Source: Hyalangium versicolor
GTDB lineage: Bacteria; Myxococcota; Myxococcia; Myxococcales; Myxococcaceae
Reading direction: 5' to 3'
Length of the DNA: 64,000 bases
Assembly: GCF_020103695.1 (NCBI RefSeq)
Contig: NZ_JAHXBF010000014.1
Location: 172,297 to 236,296, forward strand
In this document: positions 51,554 to 62,618 of the stretch, piece by piece
How positions within the stretch are numbered: the first letter of the stretch is position 1
How the letters are laid out: each line of letters starts with the position of its first letter
Translations under genes and position numbers: made by a program
The notes under the pieces: model-generated
The model's input: the letters and a program-made list of their open reading frames with translations, nothing else
Databases searched by the model: none
What the model was told of the DNA's origin: nothing

Positions 51554-52291
51554 TTACTCCTGGCGAACCACCGTATCCGCGGGCAGCCCGCCGCGGATAC
51601 GCGCCAGGGCCTCCTCCACGGGGGCCAGCTCGGTGGACTCGATGGTCACCTTGACGCGGTAGTCCAGCGCCGGGTCGAACACCGGGTATGAGCCGATGGC
51701 CACGTGCGGCATGTCCAGGGCCACCCGATCCAGCACGGCGGCGATGCTGCTCTCGCCCAACCGCAGGTAGAGGGTGCGCAGGTGGACCGGCGTACCGCGT
51801 AGGCGCTCGAGCACGGTCTCGAGCTGGAGCTTGAAGAGCTGGGGCACCCCGGGCAGCAGGAAGGTGTTGTCCACGGTGAGGACGGGGAACCAGCTCCCCT
51901 CCTGGGGCAGCAGCACAGCCCCCTCGGGCGCGTCGGCCAGCCGCATCGCCTCTTCGGTGATGTTGAGGTGATCGGAGCGCTTGCGGATGAGCTCCACCAT
52001 CTCGGGCAGGCGCACCACCTCGCGGCCCATGGCGAGCGCCACCGCGCGCACGGTGACGTCATCGTGGGTGGGGCCGATGCCTCCGCTGGTGAAGACGTAG
52101 ACAGCCTTCGAGCGGGCCCGCGCCACCGCGTCGACGATGGCGTCTACATCGTCGGTGACGATCTCCACGGAGCGCAGGGGGATGCCCACCTCGCGCAGCC
52201 GGCGGATGAGGTAGGGCCCATTGGCATCCACCACCTTCGCCGTGAGCACTTCATTTCCAATGATGACCGCTGCCGCGCCGGTGCGCTCCAT
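51554..52291 (-). CDS. CinA-like molybdopterin-binding (MoCF-biosynthesis fold) domain protein
   Basis: AAVIIGNEVLTAKVVDANG ... VYVFTSGGIGPTHDDVT: CinA N-terminal/MogA-like domain. The CinA C-terminal deamidase domain is absent. Confidence 0.7.
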   Translation of the reverse strand: MERTGAAAVIIGNEVLTAKVVDANGPYLIRRLREVGIPLRSVEIVTDDVDAIVDAVARARSKAVYVFTSGGIGPTHDDVTVRAVALAMGREVVRLPEMVELIRKRSDHLNITEEAMRLADAPEGAVLLPQEGSWFPVLTVDNTFLLPGVPQLFKLQLETVLERLRGTPVHLRTLYLRLGESSIAAVLDRVALDMPHVAIGSYPVFDPALDYRVKVTIESTELAPVEEALARIRGGLPADTVVRQE

Positions 52292-52302
52292 GGGCGCCGA
52301 CT

Positions 52303-52965
52303 CTAGCGCACGCGCTTGCGCCCGAGCACCGTGCGGATCTCCGCCAGCGCCGCGTCCGTCACCGCCTCGACGGGCTGCTCACCGTCGATCCGGACGATCT
52401 TCTCCTGCGCCTCGCGCCGGCGGATGGCCTCCTCGTACTGACGGGCGATCCGCCGCTGGAGCGCATCCTCCTCGAAGAGCTCCTTCGCCCCACCCCGCGC
52501 CGCTCTCCGCTGCGCCGCCACGGACGGAGACACATGGACGAACAACGTCAGATCCGGAGGCACCGCGTACCCGTTCGCCGCCTCCACCCACGCCATGGAC
52601 AGCGACGCACCCTGGTAGGCCAGTGAGGACAGCACGTACCGATCGCTCAGGACGATCTGCCCCGCCTCCAGCGCCGGCAGCACCCGGGCCTTCAGGTGGT
52701 CGGTCCGGTCCGCAGCGTACAGCAGGGCCAGCGTCTCCTGCGCCAACGGCCCCGCGCCTCCCGGCAACACGAGCCGCCCCGTGAGCGCCTGCCGGATCAA
52801 CGTTCCAATGGGCCCATCCGATGGCTCCCGGGTCGTGAGCACCGAGTGCCCCTCGGCCCGCAGGGCCACGGCCAGACGCTCGGCCTGGGTGGTGGTCCCC
52901 GCCCCATCCAGCCCCTCCAGGACGATGAAGCGCCCACGCCCCGGCTTTCGACGGAGCGCGCTCAC
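52303..52965 (-). CDS. tmk: thymidylate kinase
   Basis: P-loop FIVLEGLDGAGTTTQ, DRY motif (LSDRYVLSSLAYQ) and lid region. Confidence 0.88.
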   Translation of the reverse strand: MSALRRKPGRGRFIVLEGLDGAGTTTQAERLAVALRAEGHSVLTTREPSDGPIGTLIRQALTGRLVLPGGAGPLAQETLALLYAADRTDHLKARVLPALEAGQIVLSDRYVLSSLAYQGASLSMAWVEAANGYAVPPDLTLFVHVSPSVAAQRRAARGGAKELFEEDALQRRIARQYEEAIRRREAQEKIVRIDGEQPVEAVTDAALAEIRTVLGRKRVR

Positions 52966-53303
52966 CGAGGCAGCAGCGTCGAGGGGTTGTCCAGATTCAG
53001 CTGGCGCCGCAGCTCCAGCAGATCGCCGTACCGCTTCAGTTCCTCGGCCAGCTCGCGGCGCCCCTTGAGGTAGCGCACCAGGGCGTAGGTCGCCAGCGCC
53101 AGCGCCAGCGTCGTGGCGCCGAAGGCCAGCACCGGCAGCTTCGTGGAATCCCAGAACAGCTTGGCCGCCGCGCCTGAGAAGATCAGGGCGACGATGAACG
53201 AGATGGCGCTGTGGGCGAAGTGGAGGATGCTCTGGCGGGTGGCCAGGCGCTCCTGAAGGCGCTCGAGCTGCGAGCGCGGATCCTGGGGGGTTTCGGCGTT
53301 CAC
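52962..53303 (-). CDS. small membrane protein (two TM helices), probable GTG start
   Basis: The ORF-track entry starts with ATG inside thrC. A GTG at residue 49 (VNAETPQDP...) starts after the thrC stop. Hydrophobic helices ISFIVALIFSGAA and VLAFGATTLALALATYALV. 4-nt overlap with the tmk start. Confidence 0.45.
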   Translation of the reverse strand: MNAETPQDPRSQLERLQERLATRQSILHFAHSAISFIVALIFSGAAAKLFWDSTKLPVLAFGATTLALALATYALVRYLKGRRELAEELKRYGDLLELRRQLNLDNPSTLLPR

Positions 53304-53361
53304 GGAGCCGGGGACATACCGCAGCCCCGGCCCGCCGTCGAGCCGTGAACGTCTCCCTGCG

Positions 53362-54699
<1,338 letters not shown>

Positions 54700-54701
54700 G
54701 C

Positions 54702-55280
54702 TCAATCCTCCGCCACCACGACTCGGGTCCCACACACCGAGCAGATCTTGTTCGGCCGGGTGGGCGTGCGGCACTTCTGGCAGGGCATCCAGTTGGCATC
54801 CTCCGCGTTCCCAGCCCCCTTCGCCGCGGCGCCCTGCGCTCCCGCCGCGGGGATCACCTTGGGCAGACGCATGCCGCAGCGATCGCACACGATGCCCGAG
54901 GCCTGGACGTTGCGGCAGTACCGGCACACCACCGCGCCCGTGGGCGCCGCCGTCCGCACGCCATCATCCACGGCGCGGCCGGTGTCCAGATCGGCCACGG
55001 TCTCGACGGCGACCTTGTCGATGGGCGCAGCACGCGTGCGCTCCATGTCCTGCACCACCTGGGCCGGCAGGTCCGGGCCGGCCTGCTGGCGGGTGTGGTC
55101 CAATTCGGGAAGGGTGGGAGCATCCACCGCCACGCGACCGCCAGCGTGGTGGGTCTGCTCGAGCTCAGGCAGGGTCGGCACGGCGACGGCGGCAACCTTG
55201 GGCACCTGGAGCTTCTTGCCGCAGTTGTCGCACTCGTCCCCTTGGGCCTGCTGGTGTTCACACACCGGGCAGATGATCAT
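54702..55280 (-). CDS. triple zinc-ribbon protein with internal PTLPEL repeats
   Basis: CPVC...CDNC, CRYC...CDRC and CQKC...CSVC pairs, plus duplicated VAVPTLPELEQTHH / VDAPTLPELDHTRQ. Its stop overlaps the thrC GTG start (GTGA). Confidence 0.6.
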   Translation of the reverse strand: MIICPVCEHQQAQGDECDNCGKKLQVPKVAAVAVPTLPELEQTHHAGGRVAVDAPTLPELDHTRQQAGPDLPAQVVQDMERTRAAPIDKVAVETVADLDTGRAVDDGVRTAAPTGAVVCRYCRNVQASGIVCDRCGMRLPKVIPAAGAQGAAAKGAGNAEDANWMPCQKCRTPTRPNKICSVCGTRVVVAED

Positions 55281-55328
55281 GGGCGCACGTTAACGGGCCC
55301 AGGTGCCCTGGGGCAACGCACTGTCACC

Positions 55329-55964
55329 TCAACCCTGGTGCCGAGCCTCGCCCGTCATGGGGACGAACCGTACCGGGAGCAGGTGCTCGACCCGGGGAAT
55401 CCCCCCGGAGGGGGCTCGGGTGATGCGCAGCAGTTCCTGATTGCCCCCCTGGGGCCCGACCGGCATCACCATCCGGCCACCCGGCTTGAGCTGCCCCAAG
55501 ACCTTGGGAGGCACGAGCTCGGGGGCCGCCGTACCGATGACAACGTCGAACGGGGCCTCCTCTGGCCAGCCGAGCGAACCGTCCCCCTCGCGCAGGTGCA
55601 CGTTCTGGAAGCCGAGCCGCTCCAACAGCGCCCTGGCCGACCGGGCGAGCGAGGGGACGATCTCCACGGAATACACCTCCCCACACAGTTGGGCGAGGAC
55701 GGCCGTCTGGTAGCCCGAGCCGGTACCGATCTCGAGCACCCGCTCGTGCCCCTGGAGTTCCAGGGCCTGGGACATGAGCGCGACGATGTAGGGCTGGCTG
55801 ATGGTCTGCCCGTGGCCGATGGGCAACGGCGAGTCGGCCGTAGCGGAGGAGCGAGCGTTCTCGGGAATGAACTCCGCCCGATCCAGGCGGGCGATCGCGT
55901 CGAGCACCCGCCGATCCCGAATGCCTTGCCGTGCCAGAAAGTCTGCCAGTTCGACGTTGCCCAT
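55329..55964 (-). CDS. pcm: protein-L-isoaspartate O-methyltransferase
   Basis: Start at internal Met MGNVELADFL. SAM-binding VLEIGTGSGYQTA; PIMT family. Confidence 0.88.
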   Translation of the reverse strand: MGNVELADFLARQGIRDRRVLDAIARLDRAEFIPENARSSATADSPLPIGHGQTISQPYIVALMSQALELQGHERVLEIGTGSGYQTAVLAQLCGEVYSVEIVPSLARSARALLERLGFQNVHLREGDGSLGWPEEAPFDVVIGTAAPELVPPKVLGQLKPGGRMVMPVGPQGGNQELLRITRAPSGGIPRVEHLLPVRFVPMTGEARHQG

Positions 55965-56030
55965 GGCGCACCTCCTTCGCCTCAAGGGTAGGCATCGGCA
56001 CGAGCCTGCGTGCCGAAGCGAGCGCCTCCT

Positions 56031-58823
56031 CTACCCCACCCGAGCCAGCGCCAGGCGGCCTTCCCAGCGCTCCTCGAGCGCTTTCACCAGTCCCTGATGC
56101 TCGGACGATCGCAGGTGGGGATCCTGCGCGAGGATGCGCCGGGCCTCGACCTGGGCGATCGAGAGCAGGTCTCCATCCCGCGCCAGGTTGGCGACGGCCA
56201 GCTCGGGCAAACCGCTCTGCCGGGTGCCGAGAAACTCGCCGGGGCCGCGGATCTCCAGATCCTTCTCGGCGATGACGAAGCCGTCGCTGCTGTGCTCCAT
56301 GACCGAGAGTCGCTCGGTGGACTCCCAGGAGCGCGCGGGGCTGGCCACGAGGAAACAGTGGCTGATGGCGGCACCGCGCCCCACCCGGCCTCGGAGTTGG
56401 TGCAACTGCGAGAGGCCGAAGCGCTCGGCGGACTCGATGACCATGACGGAGGCGTTGGGCACATCCACGCCCACCTCCACCACGGTGGTGCACACGAGGA
56501 CGTGGATCTGCTTCTCGCGGAACGCCTCCATGACGGCGTCCTTCTCCTCGGGCTTCATGCGCCCGTGGAGCAGTCCCACCTTGGCCTGGGGGAACACCTG
56601 CTGGAGCTTCTCCGCGCCGCGCGTGGCGTCCGCCAGATCCAGCTTCTCGGACTCCTCCACGAGCGGATAGACGACGTACGCCTGATGGCCCTTGGCGATC
56701 TCGGCGGTCACGGACTCGTAGACGCGGGCGCGGTGCTGCTCGCTGAAGACGCGGGTAGTCACGGGCGTGCGGCCCGGGGGCAGCTCGTCGATGATGGAGA
56801 TGTCCAGCTCCCCCGCCGCCGTCATCGCCAGGGTGCGCGGAATGGGCGTGGCGGTCATCACGAGCACATCCGGCCTGAGCCCCTTGCTCATGAGCGTGTG
56901 GCGCTGGAGCACCCCGAAGCGGTGCTGCTCGTCGATGACGACGAGCCCCAGCTTCTCGAAGGAGACATCCCCCTCGAGGAGGGCGTGAGTGCCCACAGCG
57001 AGGTGGATCTCGCCTCGGGCCACGGCTTCGCGCACCTCGCGCTTCTGCTTCGCCGTGCCGGCGGCACTGAGCAGCCCCACGCGGTATCCAAGGGGCTCCA
57101 GCAGGCGGCGAAAGTTGCGATCGTGCTGTTCGGCGAGAATCTCCGTGGGGGCCATCACGGCCACCTGGTAGCCGTCCTCCAGCGCGATCATCGCGGCCAC
57201 GAGCGCCACGGCCGTCTTGCCCGAGCCCACGTCGCCCTGGATGAGCCGGTTCATGGGCTCGGGGCGCGCCATGTCGACGGAGATGTCCTCGATGACGCGG
57301 CGCTGGGCGCCGGTGAGCTGGAACGGGAGCGAGCCGCGAGCCCGCTCCATGCGCTCCGGGCTGACATTGAAGGCAATGCCCTTCTCGGCCTTCACGCCCA
57401 GCCGCTTGAGCCCCAGGCCGAGCTGAAGGAAGAACAGCTCATCGAACGCGAGCCGCAGGTGGGCCGGACTCCGGTGGCCATCGAGCCGATCCAGGTCCCA
57501 GTCCTCTGGAGGGAAGTGGATGCTGCGCAGGGCCTCGGTGAGCGTCATCAGATTGAGCCGCTTGCGCAGAGCCTCGGGCAGGGGCTCCTCGATGTGCTGG
57601 GCGTAGGACTCGGCGACGCGGGCGGCGACCTCACGGAAGGAGCGCTGATCGCCACGCTCGAAGCCCGGATAGACAGGGACGATCCGGTTGAAGTGGACGG
57701 AGGAGGACTCGATGTCCTCGGCGGGCTCGATCTCCGGGTGGGCGATCTCGCGTCCGGTCACGGAGGCGCGGACTTCTCCCGAGAGCACGATACGCTTGCC
57801 CACGGTGAAGCGGGCCTTGAGCCAGGGCCCCGCGTGGAAAAACGTGGCGGCGATGCTGCCCGAGCGATCCGCGATGACGGCCTTGAAGTAGCGCTTGCCG
57901 TTGCGCCCGGCGGCATAGTCCGCGTGCTTGACCACGCCCACGGTGACGCCGCGCCCGCCAGGCTCCAGCTCGGCGATGGTCTGCAGCTTCCGCCGGTCCT
58001 CATAGCAGCGAGGCAGCAGGAAGAGGATGTCGCCCACCCGACGCAGGCCCTTCTTGTTGAGGGCGCCCAGCAGGCGCGGACCAAGCCGCTTGCCCAGCGT
58101 CTTCAGCGGAACGGACAGTGGCCCCGAGCGAGGAGCGATGGAAAGGAGCTTCGCCTCAGCCCGAGACTCCTCGGCCCCCGTGGCCTGCTTGCGCTTCTTC
58201 GGAGCGGCCTTCTTCTCCGCCACGGGAGGCGGACGAGGAGGAGGTGGTGGTGGTGCAGGCCGGGAAGCCGGAGCCGGAGCCACCACCAGGGGTGCCGCAG
58301 GCTTCGCCACGGGCTCGGTGGACTTCCAGGGCGGGACACCGGCAACCGGGGGCGGAGTCCCAGGCCCGCGAGACACGGGGGGCAAAGGCGGTGCCACCAT
58401 CCGGGCCTCCGGCTCCGCAACACCCATGAATGACGGCTCGGGAGCACTTCCCCCCGATTCGCCCCGAATCACCTGCTCCAGTTCCCCGGGCAGCGCCACC
58501 CCGCCCATCTTCAGCGCGGCCACCACCCGCCGCAGCGCGGCCTTGCGCCGGTCGAGCTGGGCATCGTCCACATGGGGCAGCGCGGCCCGCAGAAGCGACA
58601 GCGCGCGAGGCTCTACTCCCGACGCCCCGGCCAGGGCCCGCTCGATGACGCCGCGCAGATCCCTCACGGTGGAGAGCTGGGCGAAGTCCCGCTGACACGC
58701 GTAGCGCAGCGGTCCCACGAGGCTGGCGAGGGGATGGTTCACAGGCGGGTCCGAGCGCTCATCGTAAAGAGCCGGGGTGACGTCCCGCACCAAATGAAAG
58801 CGGGGGAGCGAGCAGCGGCCCAC
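56031..58823 (-). CDS. recG: ATP-dependent DNA helicase RecG with a long Pro-rich N-terminal extension
   Basis: Walker A GDVGSGKT, motif II VVIDEQHRFGV, wedge-domain region and the TRG motif area. N-terminal ~230 aa are low-complexity (PPVAGVPPWK...PPPPPPRPPPVAEKKAAPKKRK). Confidence 0.88.
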   Translation of the reverse strand: MGRCSLPRFHLVRDVTPALYDERSDPPVNHPLASLVGPLRYACQRDFAQLSTVRDLRGVIERALAGASGVEPRALSLLRAALPHVDDAQLDRRKAALRRVVAALKMGGVALPGELEQVIRGESGGSAPEPSFMGVAEPEARMVAPPLPPVSRGPGTPPPVAGVPPWKSTEPVAKPAAPLVVAPAPASRPAPPPPPPRPPPVAEKKAAPKKRKQATGAEESRAEAKLLSIAPRSGPLSVPLKTLGKRLGPRLLGALNKKGLRRVGDILFLLPRCYEDRRKLQTIAELEPGGRGVTVGVVKHADYAAGRNGKRYFKAVIADRSGSIAATFFHAGPWLKARFTVGKRIVLSGEVRASVTGREIAHPEIEPAEDIESSSVHFNRIVPVYPGFERGDQRSFREVAARVAESYAQHIEEPLPEALRKRLNLMTLTEALRSIHFPPEDWDLDRLDGHRSPAHLRLAFDELFFLQLGLGLKRLGVKAEKGIAFNVSPERMERARGSLPFQLTGAQRRVIEDISVDMARPEPMNRLIQGDVGSGKTAVALVAAMIALEDGYQVAVMAPTEILAEQHDRNFRRLLEPLGYRVGLLSAAGTAKQKREVREAVARGEIHLAVGTHALLEGDVSFEKLGLVVIDEQHRFGVLQRHTLMSKGLRPDVLVMTATPIPRTLAMTAAGELDISIIDELPPGRTPVTTRVFSEQHRARVYESVTAEIAKGHQAYVVYPLVEESEKLDLADATRGAEKLQQVFPQAKVGLLHGRMKPEEKDAVMEAFREKQIHVLVCTTVVEVGVDVPNASVMVIESAERFGLSQLHQLRGRVGRGAAISHCFLVASPARSWESTERLSVMEHSSDGFVIAEKDLEIRGPGEFLGTRQSGLPELAVANLARDGDLLSIAQVEARRILAQDPHLRSSEHQGLVKALEERWEGRLALARVG

Positions 58824-58853
58824 TCCCCCGGCGGCGCCCTACGTGGCGAAGCA

Positions 58854-59363
58854 TCAATGAGCGGACGGAGCTTCTTCGTCTGGCGGGTCCTCGAAGCGAA
58901 GCTCTTCGATCTCGAACTCGCGCTCGCCGCCCGGGCTGCGGACGGTGGCGGTGTCCCCCACCTTCTTGCCAATCAGCGCTCGGGCCACGGGCGAGGTGAC
59001 GGCCAGCCACCGCTTCTTGATGTCCGCCTCGAGCTCTCCCACGATCCGGTAGGTGACCGTCTTCTCCGTCTCCGTGTCGCGCAGCACGACGGTGGCCCCG
59101 AAGACGACGGCATCGCCCTTGAGCTTGCTGGTGTCGATCACCTCGGCGCGAGCGATCCAGTCATTGATATCCAGGATGCGTCCCTCGATGTGGGACTGCT
59201 TCTCCTTGGCCGCGTGATACTCGGCATTCTCCTTCAAATCCCCATGCGCGCGGGCGACCTCGATCTCCTTGGAGATCTTCGTGCGTTCGACGGTCTGGAG
59301 CTGCTTGAGCTCCTCCTTGAGCTTTCGAAGACCATAGGGGGTCATCGGGATGTTCCCGCTCAT
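58854..59363 (-). CDS. greA: transcription elongation factor GreA
   Basis: Start MSGNIPMTPYGLRKLKEEL (coiled-coil N-domain), then the FKBP-like C-domain. Short acidic tail. Confidence 0.88.
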   Translation of the reverse strand: MSGNIPMTPYGLRKLKEELKQLQTVERTKISKEIEVARAHGDLKENAEYHAAKEKQSHIEGRILDINDWIARAEVIDTSKLKGDAVVFGATVVLRDTETEKTVTYRIVGELEADIKKRWLAVTSPVARALIGKKVGDTATVRSPGGEREFEIEELRFEDPPDEEAPSAH

Positions 59364-59553
59364 CTCTCCAACTCCTTCCACGACCCAATGAGTAAGTGTC
59401 CGACTGCCCGCCCCCTCTGGGGAGGGGTTCAAAGGCAGCCTATCGACAAACTCCGAATGTAGGAGACGATCGGCGAGCGGGCAAACGAAAGCGGACGATT
59501 GACGGGCAGCGAAGGCCTTGGGTGGTGGACCGGGAACCCATTAGGCTAGCAGC

Positions 59554-60081
59554 ATGCTCCTGGTCCGCGAGGTCCAATCTCTGGCGGGGAACCTCTCACA
59601 AGAAGACTTCCGGAGGCAGGTCGGCCCCTTCGTCCTGGTCCGGCGTCCCCCCGACCCCCAGGTGGCCCGACTCGCCCTTCGGATGGGCTCCCAACGAACC
59701 CGGCTGTCGCGCACGCCCGCCCAGTCCAAGATTCTGGTGGCGGAGATGCTCCAGCAGTTCGATGATCTGATGGTGGCCACCCTGCCCCCCATCCATGGAA
59801 GCGACGAGCTGCAGGTCGGGCGGCTGCCGGACAACGATCTGGTCATCGACGATCCGTCCGTGTCCAAGCGTCACGCGGCGCTGCGGTGGGACAACCTGGC
59901 CCGGCGCTGCGTGGTGACGGACCTGGGCTCGCGCAACGGAACGATGCTCAACTCCGAGTACGTCCGGGATGTGAACACCTTGCTGACGGACGGGGACATG
60001 CTGAGCTTCGGAGATGCGGAGTTCTGCTTCCTGGAGACACCCACCCTGTTGGCGATGCTGCGCGTCGCGTTCAGCCACTGA
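59554..60081 (+). CDS. FHA-domain protein (paralog 1) with conserved ~90-aa N-terminal region
   Basis: C-terminal FHA: LQVGRLPDNDLVIDDPSVSKRHAALRW...DLGSRNGTMLN. Confidence 0.75.
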   Translation: MLLVREVQSLAGNLSQEDFRRQVGPFVLVRRPPDPQVARLALRMGSQRTRLSRTPAQSKILVAEMLQQFDDLMVATLPPIHGSDELQVGRLPDNDLVIDDPSVSKRHAALRWDNLARRCVVTDLGSRNGTMLNSEYVRDVNTLLTDGDMLSFGDAEFCFLETPTLLAMLRVAFSH

Positions 60082-60093
60082 GGCAAAACCACT

Positions 60094-60615
60094 GTGATTT
60101 CGGTCAAGGAACTGCGAGCGCTCGGTGCATCCCTCCCCGCGGGGAGCTTCCGCAAACAACTGGGGCCTTTCGCGCTCATCCAGCGGCCGCCGAGCGAGGC
60201 CTCGTCGGCGGTGCTGGCGCCCACGCAGATGGCCAACCCCAAGACGATCGAGATGGGGATGCTGTCGCTGCTCTTCGAGTTCGAGAACCTGCTGGTGGCG
60301 ACGCTGCCGCCGTTAGGAGAGACGGACTCGCTGACGATCGGCCGGCTGCCGGACTGTGACGTGGTGCTGGAGGAGGGCTCGGTGTCCAAGCAGCACGCGG
60401 TGCTGCGCTGGAACGAGGCCGATCGGCGCTGCACGGTGAAGGATCTGGGCTCGCGCAACGGCACATTCCTGAACGGCACCTCGACGGGGACCCGCGAGGT
60501 GACGATGCGGGACGGAGACATCCTGAGCGTGGGCTACGTGCAGTTCTGGTTCCTGCTCTCGGAGACGCTGTACGCGCGGTTGCGCAACGGGCCTCCGGGC
60601 TCCAGCGGTGGGTGA
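60094..60615 (+). CDS. FHA-domain protein (paralog 2)
   Basis: LTIGRLPDCDVVLEEGSVSKQHAVLRW...DLGSRNGTFLN. The N-terminal region aligns with paralog 1 (FRKQLGPFALIQRPP vs FRRQVGPFVLVRRPP). 12-nt gap to paralog 1. Confidence 0.75.
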   Translation: MISVKELRALGASLPAGSFRKQLGPFALIQRPPSEASSAVLAPTQMANPKTIEMGMLSLLFEFENLLVATLPPLGETDSLTIGRLPDCDVVLEEGSVSKQHAVLRWNEADRRCTVKDLGSRNGTFLNGTSTGTREVTMRDGDILSVGYVQFWFLLSETLYARLRNGPPGSSGG

Positions 60616-60645
60616 CGGGCGGAGGGCCGCCGCGTCCGCCTCCCA

Positions 60646-61380
60646 TCAGAAGGTGGCCGACAGTCCCCCGAGGATTCCTCCCCGAGGCGTGGCGCCGACC
60701 ACCGGCACCACTTGCGGCCCCTTGCGTCTCGGGGAAGCGTCGCGAGCCAGGTGCGCACCCTGGGACTCCAACGCGTTGGAGATCTCGTAACCCAGGATGG
60801 CCCCGACGAGCGGGCCCACGAGGAGGCCGACGACCAGGGGACCCGAGTCGTCAGAGCTCATCCCGTATATGGCCCCCACCCCCATTCCGAGGATCGCACC
60901 TCCGAGCGCGGGGAGAAACTTGCCTCGGCCTCCCAGGCCGTCACCCGCCATCTGTACTCCCATCGGGATGCCAACGAACGCGGCCGGGACCGTGATGATG
61001 GCCACGGTGGCGAAACACACGTCCGCATCCGCTTCGCAGTCCACGTTCTCGAGCGCGGAGACACTCACGATCAGGCCCACGAGGCCCATGCCGATCCCCC
61101 CCACGGCCCCTCCGAAGATCTCGGACAGGACGCGAGGCAGGACGAGCGCCCGGGAATCCGTCTCGGGCTCGTAGCGATGGGGAATGAGCTCGCCGGGGGG
61201 AGGTGGCGGCGGCGGAGCCTCTTCGGGTGCGGAGGAAACCGGCGGAGGCGGCAGTTCCTGAACGACGGGCGCCTGACTCGAATCCCCAGGCTCATTGAGA
61301 GGAGCGTCCGAGGGCACCTGGGCCAATCCAACGTTCGCCGAGAGGAGGGCGAGGCACAGCACGAAACGGAGACAGTTCAC
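60646..61380 (-). CDS. secreted/membrane glycine-zipper protein
   Basis: Signal peptide MNCLRFVLCLALLSANVGLA. Pro-rich segment, then GxxxG-rich hydrophobic blocks (GGAVGGIGMGLVGLIV, GGAILGMGVGAIYG, VGLLVGPLVGAILG). Confidence 0.55.
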   Translation of the reverse strand: MNCLRFVLCLALLSANVGLAQVPSDAPLNEPGDSSQAPVVQELPPPPVSSAPEEAPPPPPPPGELIPHRYEPETDSRALVLPRVLSEIFGGAVGGIGMGLVGLIVSVSALENVDCEADADVCFATVAIITVPAAFVGIPMGVQMAGDGLGGRGKFLPALGGAILGMGVGAIYGMSSDDSGPLVVGLLVGPLVGAILGYEISNALESQGAHLARDASPRRKGPQVVPVVGATPRGGILGGLSATF

Positions 61381-61394
61381 TCCGCCAGCCTAGT

Positions 61395-62546
61395 TCAGAT
61401 CGGCGTGAAGGTGAGCACCCGGCGGAGATTGGCGCGCATGCTGCTCTCGGGCACGAGCCGGAACAGCCGATCCCTCAACCAGCACGCGAGAGCATTCTCC
61501 CACTGCCCGATGGCTCCGAGGCGCCGCGACTGGCTCACGAAGCTGTTGGCACGCGGGAGGCGAAGCCTCTCGTAACGAGCGAGCGCCGCGGGCCACTCCT
61601 TCTCCGTCGCCAGGCACCGCGCGAGCACCACCGCGTCCTCCACCGCCTGTCCCCCACCCTGCCCCATGTTCGGCGTCATCGGGTGGGCCGCGTCGCCAAT
61701 GAGCACCACCCGCCCGCGCGCCCAGTGCTGGACCGGCGGCCGATCCTGGATGTCAGTGCGCACGATGGTCGCGGCCGGCGTGTTCTCGATGAGCGCTCGG
61801 ACCGGAGCATGCCACCCGGAGAAACGGGTCAGCAGCTCTCCATGGGCATCCGGAGCGTCGATGCCTCCCGCGGGGAGGTTCGCGGTGGCGAACCAGTAGG
61901 TGCGCCCCTCTCCGAGCGGAACGACTCCGAAGCGCAGGCCTGTCCCCCAGGTCTCGGTGGTGATGGTCGGGTCCGCAAGGCCGGGCACCTCACAGACGCC
62001 CCGCCAGCTCGTGTACCCCGCGTACCGAGGCTCTCCGTCGTCCAGCAACTGCGAGCGCACCGTGGAGCGCAAGCCATCCGCGCCCACCAACAGGTCCGCG
62101 CGGACCTCCTGCCCATCCGAGAGCCGGACGACGACCCCCTCGGGCTCCTCCCGGAAGCCCACCACCTTGAGGCCGAGGGTGAGAGGCTCGGGCCCCAGCG
62201 CCTGCTGGAGCACCTCCTGGAGCCGGGACCGATGGATCGCGATCATGGGCGCGCCCAATTCCTGGGCCATCTCGCCCACGAGCATCGTCCCCAACGAGCG
62301 GCCTCGGGGATCGAGGATGGCCCCGCGCTGCATGGCATGGCCTGCCTCGGCCACGGCCGTGTCGAGCCCGATCGTTCGGAACGCCAGCATCGCGTTGGTC
62401 TGCATGGTGATGCCGGCGCCCACGGGACGGATCGCCGCCGCCCGTTCGAAGATCCGGACGGAGATCCCCGCTCGGCGCAGTGCGACTCCCAGCGTGAGGC
62501 CTCCAATACCGCCGCCCGCGATGACGACCGTCCGGTTCGTATCCAT
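61395..62546 (-). CDS. FAD-dependent monooxygenase (class A flavoprotein hydroxylase)
   Basis: GxGxxG in VVIAGGGIGGL, DG motif (VGADGLRS) and GD motif (VVLIGDAAHPMTPNMGQG). Confidence 0.85.
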   Translation of the reverse strand: MDTNRTVVIAGGGIGGLTLGVALRRAGISVRIFERAAAIRPVGAGITMQTNAMLAFRTIGLDTAVAEAGHAMQRGAILDPRGRSLGTMLVGEMAQELGAPMIAIHRSRLQEVLQQALGPEPLTLGLKVVGFREEPEGVVVRLSDGQEVRADLLVGADGLRSTVRSQLLDDGEPRYAGYTSWRGVCEVPGLADPTITTETWGTGLRFGVVPLGEGRTYWFATANLPAGGIDAPDAHGELLTRFSGWHAPVRALIENTPAATIVRTDIQDRPPVQHWARGRVVLIGDAAHPMTPNMGQGGGQAVEDAVVLARCLATEKEWPAALARYERLRLPRANSFVSQSRRLGAIGQWENALACWLRDRLFRLVPESSMRANLRRVLTFTPI

Positions 62547-62618
62547 TGCTCAAGGTGTAGACTCTGTGCCCCGGGCGCACAACTCGCAATCTCGCCTCGA
62601 AAGGGATCGCCCCAGGAC

